Origin: Trichoplax adhaerens
Lineage: Eukaryota > Animalia > Placozoa
Length of the DNA stretch: 20,283 bases
Reading direction: 5' to 3'
Assembly: GCF_000150275.1 (NCBI RefSeq)
Contig: NW_002061028.1
Span: 1-20,283 of the forward strand
Shown: positions 7,959-17,524 of the stretch, in pieces
Layout of the letters: each line of letters starts with the position of its first letter
Position numbering within the stretch: the stretch's first letter is position 1
The notes under the pieces: model-generated
Seen by the model: the letters and a program-made list of their open reading frames with translations, nothing else
Told to the model about the DNA's origin: nothing
Database searches by the model: none
Position numbers and translations under genes: made by a program

Positions 7959-8141
7959 ATGACTATATCATCTAATAAAAAAAGAATCTTAGTTTCTTTA
8001 CCTATAGAGGTTTTGGATAAAATTGACTTTCATATCAAAAAAGAACACATAACCAGAACTAAATGGTTTGTTGATGCCGCATACGATAAAATAGCTAAAG
8101 ATAATAAGAGACGAGTAGATGAAATAGTAAATAAAAAATAA
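7959..8141 (+). CDS. CopG-like ribbon-helix-helix protein, probable rep regulator
   Basis: KKRILVSLPIEVLDKIDFHIKKEHITRTKWFVDAA fits the RHH pattern; directly upstream of rep. Confidence 0.7.
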   Translation: MTISSNKKRILVSLPIEVLDKIDFHIKKEHITRTKWFVDAAYDKIAKDNKRRVDEIVNKK

Positions 8142-8175
8142 AAAAGCGAAGTACTATACTCCGCCTTAATTCGCT
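8138..8175 (-). ncRNA. Candidate counter-transcribed antisense RNA (~38 nt) in the rep leader
   Basis: Minus-strand promoter TTGCAT (8210-8205)-17 bp-TATACT (8187-8182) and minus-strand terminator GGCGGAGTA-TAG-TACTTCGCT followed by TTTTTATTTTTT. Confidence 0.55.
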
Positions 8176-8249
8176 AGATTAAGTATACATCAATATGATG
8201 TATTATGCAAGGGTATATTGTACTTTTTTTAAAAAAGGAGAGTAATATT

Positions 8250-9599
8250 ATGCCCATAGAAAGGGGATTAGACCCACACATTAATCATGCCTCTGAAAAT
8301 AGTAAAAATTACATTAATTTTTTTACCTATTCAGAATATAAAAAAGAACAAACTAAATATTCATACTTTAAATTAGAAAAAGTATTCGGAACAAGGAAAG
8401 CTAATTTTATCAATAAATTAAAATATTGGTTAAGCAAATGTGGTAGAAATATCAATGGTATATCAGGCAAGTGGATATATAACCCCACTCATGAATGGGC
8501 AAATCAACTTAATTGTTCCACTTCTACAATTAAAAGATTAATTAAATCATTAGAAGAACAGGGTATTATATTATCCAAAAAAGTAAATGCTAAAAGATAC
8601 AATCAAACTAAATGGTATAGCTTAAATTTTAATTTACTTAATAATATGTTAACTTCCCAAGATATCAAAGATAATACTGTTAAAAATAAATGGACCAATC
8701 GATTAGTTCAAAATGAACCAATCATTATAAGTAACAATAGAAATAACTATACAAATACTTCTTCTAAAAAGTTTAAAAATAACTACTCAGATTCTAAAGA
8801 AGAAGAAATTAATTTTTCTAATGTTTTAAAAGAAAGAACAGCTCAAAAAACAAAATTAACAACTAATGAAACAAAGCTTGTAGAACAAATGGTATATTTG
8901 TGGAATAAAGTTTTTATCTACAGCCGTAACCCAATTAAAGCTTATATATCAAAAAGTAATAAAAAGGCATTAGTTGATGTTTTAAATAATCATTTTGAAG
9001 GAGATTTAGATAAATGGAGAGAGTACGCACTTGCAGTAAATAGTAGTCAGTTTCTGATGGGAGAGAAGGAAACAAAAAAAAATTTTAGAGCGATATTTTC
9101 ATGGTTAATAAAAGAAGAAACGTTAGAGAAGATCATGAATAATGAATATGGGATAGGGGATAGAGAATTAGATATGAATAATATATCGAAAAATATAGAA
9201 GAGAAAAAAGAAGAAGTAGTTAATAAAATGGATAAAAAGATATCAGAATATATGAAAATAAAAATAAATGATAAAAAAGAAAGAGAAGAATTTATAGAAT
9301 ATGTTAAAAGCGCAAGTATTACAGAAGATGATAGATATGGAATATTAAAAAACATAATAAAACAAGTGCCAAAAAATTATATATTAGAGAGAGAAGAATA
9401 TAAGGAAATAAAAGAGAATTTGTATGAAAGTTATGTAATGAAAAAACATTTGAGTATTACAAAAATAGAAGTAAGAGAAAAAATAAGAAATAAAATTAAA
9501 AAAATAATTGAAAATAAAGAAAACAGCCACAAATTATTAGAAGAATTAGATAAAAAGGTAAAAGAAATAGAAATTTTAGAATTAAATAAGTGTTATTAA
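8250..9599 (+). CDS. Plasmid replication initiator (winged-HTH, Rickettsia-plasmid DnaA-like/Rep type)
   Basis: KWIYN..EWANQL.CSTSTIKRLIKSLEEQGII...NQTKWYSLN HTH, plus a central LWNKVF...KWREYA..V.SSQFLMGE..F..IFSWLIKEE block. Adjacent to par. ATG 8250 has SD AAGGAG (8235-8240), so it is preferred over 8205. Confidence 0.8.
   Translation: MPIERGLDPHINHASENSKNYINFFTYSEYKKEQTKYSYFKLEKVFGTRKANFINKLKYWLSKCGRNINGISGKWIYNPTHEWANQLNCSTSTIKRLIKSLEEQGIILSKKVNAKRYNQTKWYSLNFNLLNNMLTSQDIKDNTVKNKWTNRLVQNEPIIISNNRNNYTNTSSKKFKNNYSDSKEEEINFSNVLKERTAQKTKLTTNETKLVEQMVYLWNKVFIYSRNPIKAYISKSNKKALVDVLNNHFEGDLDKWREYALAVNSSQFLMGEKETKKNFRAIFSWLIKEETLEKIMNNEYGIGDRELDMNNISKNIEEKKEEVVNKMDKKISEYMKIKINDKKEREEFIEYVKSASITEDDRYGILKNIIKQVPKNYILEREEYKEIKENLYESYVMKKHLSITKIEVREKIRNKIKKIIENKENSHKLLEELDKKVKEIEILELNKCY
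8688..8723. repeat. Iteron-like triple 10-mer inside rep (candidate oriV)
   Basis: TGGACCAATC (8691-8700), inverted GATTAGTTCA (8701-8710), TGAACCAATC (8714-8723); both direct copies are preceded by AAA. Confidence 0.5.
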
Positions 9600-9633
9600 A
9601 AGGTAGAGTTCATCAGGAGCACTTGCATCATTT

Positions 9634-10008
9634 ATGTTGACAGTACCTAATGAGTATGGAGAACCAAAGTATAGTGCTAGAGAAGTTTCAGAATTTATAA
9701 CGTATTGGCATAATTTAATAATAGATTATGAAAAAACAGGTTTTAAAACAAATGAGTTAGGATATAAAACTTTATTACAAGTATATGATAAAATATTTGA
9801 ATCAAAAAATTTAGAAACAGCAGTTAAATCAGTGTATGGTTATAGTATCAAATATAAAACACAAGGAGAAGAACTTAAATTATATAGTTGGTCGAGTGTA
9901 GGAGAATCAGCTAATAGGTATGCAGTCCGGATAGGTGTAATTTTCAGTCAATGCGTATTGGATGCACAATGTGAAATATTCGTATGTATTGGAGAGTCTG
10001 TCATATAA
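9634..10008 (+). pseudogene. Hypothetical protein, 3'-truncated by IS256
   Basis: The ORF runs into the IS256 IR at 9994, which supplies its stop. No family recognised. Confidence 0.4.
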
Positions 10009-11335
10009 TTTGTGTAAAAAGTGAACCCGGTATAGGGTAAAATAACATAAATAAAGGAGACAAAATGACAGAAAAATACAAAAATCAAATAGATGAAAAA
10101 CTGATAGATCAGTTAATATCACAAATAGATCCGCAAGATCTCATAAAAAAAGACGAAATATTCTCAGTAATGAAGAAGAAGCTAGTAGAAAGAGCATTAG
10201 AAGCAGAAATGAATCATGAATTGGGATATAGTAAACATGATCGAGGAGATAAAGAAAGTTATAATAGAAAGAACGGTAATTATGAAAAAACAATCATAGA
10301 TAATGAGGGAAGCAAAATAAGAATAAATGTACCAAGAGATAGAGAAGGAGAATATGAGCCACAGTTAATACCGAAGGGATTAAGGAGATTTGAGGGATTT
10401 GATGATCAAGTCATATCATTATATGCAAGAGGTATGACAATGGCTGAGATACAAGGACATATGAAAGATTTATATAAAACAGAAGTCTCAAAAGAATTAA
10501 TCTCAACAATTACGGATGAAGTAATAGATGAGGTAAATAAATGGCAAAACAGATATTTAGATAGCGTATATCCGATATTATATTTAGATTGTATACATGT
10601 AAAGGCCAGAGATAATCATACTATAATAAATAAAGCAGTATATTTAGCTATTGGAGTAAATATAGAAGGAAAAAAAGAATTACTAGGAATATGGATAAGT
10701 AAAACAGAAGGAGCTAAGTTCTGGATGCAGGTAGTAACAGAATTAAAAAATAGAGGAGTAGAAAAGATATATGTAGCGTGTGTAGATGGATTAAAAGGTT
10801 TTAGTGATGCAACCAATAGTATATTTCCAGATACAACAGTGCAGTTATGCATAGTTCATATGATTAGGAATTCAGTAAAATATGTATCTTATAAAGATTT
10901 AAAAGAAGTAACGACAGATTTAAAAAGAATATATACTGCAACAAATGAAGAAGAGGCATCATTAGAATTAGAAAGTCTTGCGGAAAAGTGGGATAAAAAA
11001 TATCCAGTTATTGCAGATATCTGGAAAAGAAATTGGACTGGGATAATCCCATTTTTTGTATTTCCAGAAGAAATTAGAAAAGCCATTTATACCACAAATG
11101 TTATTGAATCGGCAAATCGCCAAATCAGGAAAATTATCAAAAATAAGGGTGTTTTTCCAGATGATAAATCTATCCAGAAAATTGTATATTTGACACTTAG
11201 AAATGCTTCCAAAAATGGACCATGCCAATTAAAAATTGGCCTCTGACTTTAAACCAATTTGAAATTTTATGTGGAGATACAAGATATGATTTAGTTGTAA
11301 AAAATTATTAAATACACAAACTATATGATTGACTC
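9994..11335 (+). mobile_element. IS256-family element
   Basis: 23-bp IRs GAGTCTGTCATATAATTTGTGTA and (reverse complement) GAGTCAATCATATAGTTTGTGTA, 3 mismatches. The 8-bp flanks GTATTGGA and ATCTCTTG do not match. Confidence 0.92.
10065..11311 (+). CDS. IS256-family transposase with a late frameshift
   Basis: VPRDREG, SLYARGM, YLDCI, CVDGLKG, QLCIVH and IYTTNVIES. One more A in the run at 11211-11215 restores the usual KKWTMPIKNW tail ending at 11311. Confidence 0.92.
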
Positions 11336-11926
11336 ATCTCTTGAGGTAAAATTTCTGCCAAGCTCCTGTTTTATAGTATGGAAGCAAGATTCAGCAACTG
11401 CGGTATCAAGACAATTTGCTTTCCTTGAAAGACTTTGTGTCACCTCTAAATTTCTTAAAACTTTTTTAAGATCATTAGATGTATATTGTGAACCTCTATC
11501 AGAATGAAACATCAATCCTTTTTGTGGCTTTCTCTGCCAATAGGCCTTTAAAAATGTGTATAGGACTAATTCGTTATTAATTCTATCACTACATTCCCAG
11601 CCAACTATTCTTCTAGAAAAAAGATCTATGATAATGCATAAATAAACCCATCCTTGTTTCGTTTTGATGTAGGTGATATCAGATACCCATACCTTATTAG
11701 GAGCATTTGTAACAAAGTTTCTATTCAATACATTATCTATATTAACAGCCTTTTTAGCTGCTTTTGTTGTAACTTTAAATTTAATTCTTCTTTTAGAAAA
11801 AATATTATTTTCCCTCATCAGCCTGGCTACTTTTTTATGATTTATATCCTCCATGTTTTCTTTGAGTTCCACATGCACCCTACGATACCCATATGTCATT
11901 CTTGATGATTTATGAATATTTTTTAT
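11336..11926 (-). pseudogene. IS3-family OrfB fragment
   Basis: YGYRR, WVSDITYI, DLFSRRIVGW, HSDRGSQY and AVAESCFHTIKQE. 3' end cut by IS256; 5' part and orfA missing. Confidence 0.9.
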
Positions 11927-11929
11927 TTA

Positions 11930-11985
11930 TTTTATAGTAGGCTTTTGCTCTCTCTTACAACTTTTTTCTTAAATGCAGCTCGGGT
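11930..11985 (-). mobile_element. Isolated IS982 end (probably the left end)
   Basis: Same TTTCTTAAATGCAGCTCGGGT terminus as at 6646-6666 but a different inner sequence. Confidence 0.7.
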
Positions 11986-12330
11986 TATTTTAACTTCAAA
12001 TGCTTGATCTTGAATTAAAAAATCTACTTCATATCCTTCTTTTGTTCTCCAATAAGAAATATTATCTAATTTTTAGTTAAATTTTTATAGGCTATTAATT
12101 CTAAAAATATATAATGCTCAAATGCTTTACCAGTATCCACCCCAATCATTTCATTAAATTTATATCTCTTTAAATAATTAGCTATGCCTGTATCAAATAA
12201 GTAGAATTTAGGAGTTTCAGTAATAATCTGGCGCTTAACCTTTTTTCTAAACGGGTATAAACTATATCCTAGATACATATCTTCCATTATTTCGAAATAT
12301 GTACGAACAGTTTTAGCATCTACTCCGCAT
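11986..12330 (-). pseudogene. AAA_14/DUF4143 ATPase C-terminal fragment
   Basis: GVDAKTVRTYFEIMED, PKFYLFDTG and GKAFEH; after a frameshift at the T5 run 12070-12074 it continues YWRTKEGYEVDF..FEVK. Truncated on both sides by IS remnants. Confidence 0.8.
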
Positions 12331-12821
12331 TAGAGCGCAGATTTGGACTGAAAAGATTCATAACAAGATCAAAAAGACCAAGAAAATGCAGTAATTAGTC
12401 AAATACCTGAGTCCACAATTGTGGTTATTGAAAAAATAAGAAGAGAAAATCCAACATATGGTAAAGCTAAGATAGCTGTTATACTTTGTAAAAAATGCTC
12501 CATTTAAAGTTTCTTCTACACAAGTTGATGGTGGTCCTGAATTTATGGCTGAATTTGAACAAGCTTGCGCTGATTTAGATATAACATTGTTTGTTTTGAA
12601 AAAACCTAAATATAATGGTGGCTTTGAGCATTCAAACAGAATATTTAGAGAAGAATTCTATGCCAGAAACGACCTTCTCGCAGATTCTATAGGAGCCTTC
12701 AAGGTTGAACTAAAATCTGCCGTTTTCAAGTATAATTCCTATAGACCTCCTTACTACTTTTGAATATATTAAAAGGCGTAATGACTTTGTTCATTAGTTA
12801 AATATGTTATGAACTTGCACA
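12331..12821 (+). pseudogene. Degraded IS481-family transposase with internal deletion and probable right end
   Basis: Pieces SKRPRK, IRRENPTYGKAKIAVIL, QVDGGPEFMAEFEQAC, PKYNGG.E.SNRIFREEFY and YNSYRP. Ends ...ATGTTATGAACTTGCACA, consistent with IS481 TGT...ACA termini. Confidence 0.7.
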
Positions 12822-12899
12822 AAATAAATAATCAGTTGTAATACAAATAAAAGTGTGATAACTTTTAAATTAGGGTTAATAAAAAATTAAGTAAAGAAT

Positions 12900-14873
12900 A
12901 TGATTATAACAAATTTAAATCAAGATAATAGTTGCCATGTTAATGGTTTTGAAAGTTTATTAAAAAGAGCAGTTGATTGTACAGATCAGAGTTGTTCTAG
13001 TGGAGCTTACTTTGTAGAGCAAAATGATGGACAAGCTCTATATAATCTAGGCACTACTATTGGAGGGCCTCAAACAACGGTGCAGATGGGCAAGACAACT
13101 GAATGGAGTGAGAGTCGATACGCAATACTGATCGCAAAAGGTAACTATACAATGAATGGTTACTTTAAATTAGGATATTATACTCAAGTAGCTGGTGTTA
13201 GTGATAATAGTGATTCTGTTATATTATCTCCTGGTATAAATGTCTTAAATAATTGTGTTAAAGCTTTTAATGCTGATGGGAGTCAAAATTCTAGATGTTA
13301 TGCTCCTGGTGGACTTGATAATTTTTGGCGCAGTTTATCGGATTTGAAGATGAACATAGCTAATGATCCGGTATTACGTTTTGCTGTATCTCAAGCATCG
13401 CCAATTAGGGATATCAATATTGAAGGGAGTGCGGGCATATTAATGTGTGATTGGAATACAGACATAGGGTGTGGTTATACTAGTGGTGGCTTTATTGATA
13501 AGATGAAAGCATCAAGCATTGGGTTTGGCTCTCAACAACAATTTTATATATCAAATTCTCAATCTAATCAATTAATAGCTGGAGCTTGGAACATACTGTC
13601 TAATAATAATAATGTAGATAGCATAACGGGAGCGGGTGATGTTAATGTACAAAATAGATGGCCTGGATATCCATTTACAAAGATTGATGATACTACAATG
13701 ACTCGATTTCAAAAGCCTAAATTAGTAAAAGATGGAGATCAATGGCATGTACAATACGATTATAAGGCTAGTCCGATTAGTGATTTTATTGTGGTGCAAC
13801 TCAATCAAAAAGAAGATCGAACAAAAATATCTTCATATGATGTTCATAATATTAATAATCAATTAATAAACAAAGTAGGTATGATAGTTATGCCAGGTAT
13901 TTATGATCTTGATGATACACTGTATATACCTAACAATAAAATAGTATTAGGTATAGGTTTGCCGTCATTTGTTTGCCCACCTAATACTGGGAAGTGTATG
14001 ATAACAGAAAGTGAGGGTATAAGAATAGCTGGATTAGTATTTGATTCGCCAGTGGCTAGTTCTTTAGACACAAATAGTGATGCTATAATTTTGAATATAG
14101 GAGAAGAGGGAAGTGGTATATCTACGAATCCTGTTGTATTACAGGATGTGTATTGTAGAATTGCACATATAAAACCAGAACAAATTGCTTCTTCCGCATA
14201 TAGTTGTGTTAAGGTTAATGCAGATTATACAATTGGAGAAAATTTGTGGCTATGGAGAGCTGATCATGATGCGAAGTTTATAAATGTATTAGCAAATGCA
14301 GCTAAAGCTCCTTACGGATTAATAGTACATGGAAATAATGTAAAAATGTATGGTTTATTTGTAGAACATTTTCTAAATTACCAAACTGTTTGGTTTGGAA
14401 AAAATGGGCAAGTGAATTTTTATCAGTCTGAAATTCCTTATTACTTGCCAGAAGGAGGTATAACAAAATGTTCTTTACCTTATTCTGATTTGGTTGATGA
14501 GACTCCTGCTTGCGCCTCTTTGTATATTACTAAAAGTGCTACAGGATTTACTGCTAATGGTTTAGGTATATATTCTTATTTTCCCAATAAAAATGAAAGA
14601 GGCTCACAAGCAGGAGAAAAAGAATTTTATCAAGATACAATAAGAGCCAAGTCTGCAATTATAGTAGATGCAGAAAATGTTGTTTTGACTCATGGATTAA
14701 CCCATTTCTTAGATGGAGATTTAAGTAGTGGAATTGATAACGTAATTCAGTATAAAAGCAATTTGTACTATCCGGAAAATAGTTATGTTAATGGAAGTAC
14801 AAATAAAATAGGATATGCTTTTGATGAATTTCGCATTGATAGTGCTACAGTTAGTAGTAGTGATGAGCTATAG
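12900..14873 (+). CDS. Glycoside hydrolase family 55 (bacterial type) exo-beta-1,3-glucanase-like protein
   Basis: Ordered motifs RYAIL..G.Y, GYYTQVAG, NFWRS, AVSQASP, SGGFI, SQQQ, PGIY, VLGIG, WLWRADH, YGLFVEH, FYQSEIPY and GLGIYS match Streptomyces Lam55A-type enzymes. Confidence 0.85.
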   Translation: MIITNLNQDNSCHVNGFESLLKRAVDCTDQSCSSGAYFVEQNDGQALYNLGTTIGGPQTTVQMGKTTEWSESRYAILIAKGNYTMNGYFKLGYYTQVAGVSDNSDSVILSPGINVLNNCVKAFNADGSQNSRCYAPGGLDNFWRSLSDLKMNIANDPVLRFAVSQASPIRDINIEGSAGILMCDWNTDIGCGYTSGGFIDKMKASSIGFGSQQQFYISNSQSNQLIAGAWNILSNNNNVDSITGAGDVNVQNRWPGYPFTKIDDTTMTRFQKPKLVKDGDQWHVQYDYKASPISDFIVVQLNQKEDRTKISSYDVHNINNQLINKVGMIVMPGIYDLDDTLYIPNNKIVLGIGLPSFVCPPNTGKCMITESEGIRIAGLVFDSPVASSLDTNSDAIILNIGEEGSGISTNPVVLQDVYCRIAHIKPEQIASSAYSCVKVNADYTIGENLWLWRADHDAKFINVLANAAKAPYGLIVHGNNVKMYGLFVEHFLNYQTVWFGKNGQVNFYQSEIPYYLPEGGITKCSLPYSDLVDETPACASLYITKSATGFTANGLGIYSYFPNKNERGSQAGEKEFYQDTIRAKSAIIVDAENVVLTHGLTHFLDGDLSSGIDNVIQYKSNLYYPENSYVNGSTNKIGYAFDEFRIDSATVSSSDEL

Positions 14874-14897
14874 AAGTAGATAATAGCTTGAAGGGCA

Positions 14898-14940
14898 ATA
14901 ATGTTTTATTTTTGACTAACGCGCAAAGATAAAACATTAT
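14898..14940. terminator. Hairpin downstream of the GH55 gene
   Basis: 17-bp arms ATAATGTTTTATTTTTG and CAAAGATAAAACATTAT (one G:U on the + strand) with a 9-nt loop. AT-rich, with only a short U tail. Confidence 0.5.
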
Positions 14941-15791
14941 CTTTAGAGGGTATGTATTGCATGGTTATAATTATTTACAATAAAATTTTTAATAATTCCT
15001 TCCAATTCTGATAACTTGTATGTTTTCTTTTTTATTTTGAGTATGGATAATAGCTGTTGTTCCAAACTAAGAAAAAATCTCTCTATTTTACCTCTACCTC
15101 TTGGTTTTTCAACAATAGAATGAATTAAGTTAATCTTTAATTCTATACACGCTTGTTTGATATGATTTGAAGTAAAATCTGATCCGTGATCTGTATAAAG
15201 TATCTCTGGTATACCACAAATTGCCCATTCTTTATCCTGCTTATACCATATTGCTTGCCTCAATGCCAAGCCTGTTTGTAATGCTGACGGCCCTTCTATA
15301 AAAAGGGAAAACCCTGCTATTGCCCTACTAAAATCATCTATAACTATGGTTATCCATGGTCTCTTCTTTTGATTATCATAATCTATTACCTCTATATCAA
15401 GCATACTGTGATCAGTTTGCCATATATGATTGGGGTGCTCGCTTGTTTTTCGCATTATCATTTCGTATTTATCTTCATATACTTTATCACCGTTTTTTGC
15501 TAAAATCTTCAAATCATCTGGTATTGTTTTAACGATGCTTCTTATTGTAGAATATCCTACCTTATCAATTTTTGCTTAACACAATATTCATTAATTAGCC
15601 TAGTAATAGTGGCTATGCTCATGTTTTTCTTATTCAATGCTAAGCCTTCTATCCCATCTTTAAGTTTACTATTAATTGTTTTATAACTACCTGCATCTTT
15701 GCGCTTTTGCCTTGCTAACCCATCTAATCCATTAACTTTATAACTTTTTACCCATCTTTGTAATGTTCTTAAATTCACATTATCACATTAT

Positions 15792-17442
15792 CTGGACTTT
15801 TGACAAATTGTGATAAATTTGCAACTATAACTGAAGAATAAAAATAATTTAATGAAAAAAGTCAAAAATATTGAAGAGCTAAAAAAATATTTCAATAATA
15901 TTGAAAATCTTTTTTCCCTATGAAAAAAATTCATGCATTGATTTAATCTTTGCTTTAGCAACAAATTTTACATTAAAAGCAATGACAGTAGTTGAATTAA
16001 GCCTTAGTAGATTTTTTAAAAGAAAATATAGTAGCTTATATCGTGCTATTGGTGGTTATTTTACATCTCGCAAGAATAAAAAAAATAGAGAAGAAAAAAG
16101 AGCAGAAGCAAAGGAAAAAATAAAAAGTTTTTTGTTCGAGTCAGCAATAGAGGATACAGGGAATATACATACATTTGCAATAGATATTACTGGCAATATA
16201 AAAAAGCACTCAGCTAAATCAGAAGATAGAAGTTATATTCATTCAGGTTCTATTGGAGGAATGAGTATAGGGCATAATTACAGTGTTATAGCACTAAAAG
16301 AAGATTATGGTTGGATGCTTCCAGTGACAATAGATAGAGTGCCACATAGTGAGAATAAATATGATTTTAGTGTGATTCAAGCTGAATCTGTATTAGATAA
16401 AGTGCCTCAAGGCGATATATCTATAATAGTTGGAGATTCTGCATATTCATGTAATAAATTCATATATAAGCTTAGTAAGAGAGCTAATGTAGCAGTCATC
16501 ACAAGAATGAGGGTAAATAAGGCAATATATGAAAAATATGAAGATAAAAAAGAAGTTCTGGGAGAAAAGAAAAATATGGCAATAAATATTTGCTTAACAA
16601 ACCTGATTTACTACCTGATCCAGACTACACAGAAAGAATTTGAGNAGGGCGATTCAAAAGATTAAGTTATCATTATTTAAGGGTTATATATGCCGAGGGA
16701 ATAAGGATTGTACGATGTCAGAATACCAATAAATTTATTAGGGTGAAGTCTTAAGGAAAATGGAGAGAAAAAATATGATAGAGATTTATGGATTGGAGTT
16801 GCAGGTAAAGTTCGAGATAAAATAACAACTTTGGACGCCTTTAAAGAATATTCTGATAGATTTGATATTGAGCATTATTTTAAATTTTCCAAATCAAAAC
16901 TGTTGATGGATAAAATGCAATCATCTGATTCAAAAAAAGATGAAGATTTTATGTTGATGACAGCAATAGCTTATCACGTATTATGTAAAAGTTCTGATTT
17001 GCTAAATGAAATTAATGTTAGAGCTTGGGAAAATAAAAAAAGAATAAACTCCAAATCACCATCTAATATATTTAGAGCTGCAGCTATTAGTGATGTTTTT
17101 GATCAAGTATATACAGGTGAAATTAAAAAAAGAGGCATACCAGATGAGAGAAGTATAAGAAAAAGTTTTACATCAAAGAAAAATCAACCTATCATGCGCA
17201 AGTCTAGAGACCCCACAAAAGTGCAAGTAGAAATAAAGTCGAGTTTTGGAAAGATGCCTATTATTTCAAAAACCTCAATAAATACACAGCAAGAATCTAA
17301 GGAGAATTTTAGAAAGAAAATTTTAGAAAAAGCTGACCAAATATATGAAAAAATACACACAAAAGTAGCATAATTTTTCTAAATCACTTCTTTTTTAAAA
17401 ATGCCATTTTTGGCATAGGTTAGAGTTTTGTCAAAAGTCCAG
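15792..17442 (+). mobile_element. IS4-superfamily (IS701/ISH3-like) element with 5-bp TSD
   Basis: Perfect 16-bp IRs CTGGACTTTTGACAAA (15792-15807) and TTTGTCAAAAGTCCAG (17427-17442). ATTAT directly flanks both ends (15787-15791 and 17443-17447). Confidence 0.9.
15852..17373 (+). pseudogene. IS4-superfamily transposase with multiple frameshifts
   Basis: FAIDIT, VGDSAYS and YSDRFDIEHYFKFSK (Y..R...E......K). Frames break near 15910, 16546 and 16640-16750. Confidence 0.8.
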
Positions 17443-17524
17443 ATTATTCTCCAAAGCAATTTTCGATAAATTAACCTCTTTCTTTAAATATGGACTTATA
17501 ATATTATATTTTTCTAATGCTTTA

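Noticed and set aside
8205-8249. ORF-track start of rep at 8205
   Set aside because: No SD upstream, and it overlaps the antisense -35; ATG 8250 has AAGGAG at a suitable distance.
9047-11905. ORFs at 9047, 9907, 10616, 10889, 10968, 11325 and 11654 (also 688 and 18395)
   Set aside because: They lie opposite to rep, IS transposases, traH or the antitoxin; their F/S/I/L-rich composition is typical of antisense frames.
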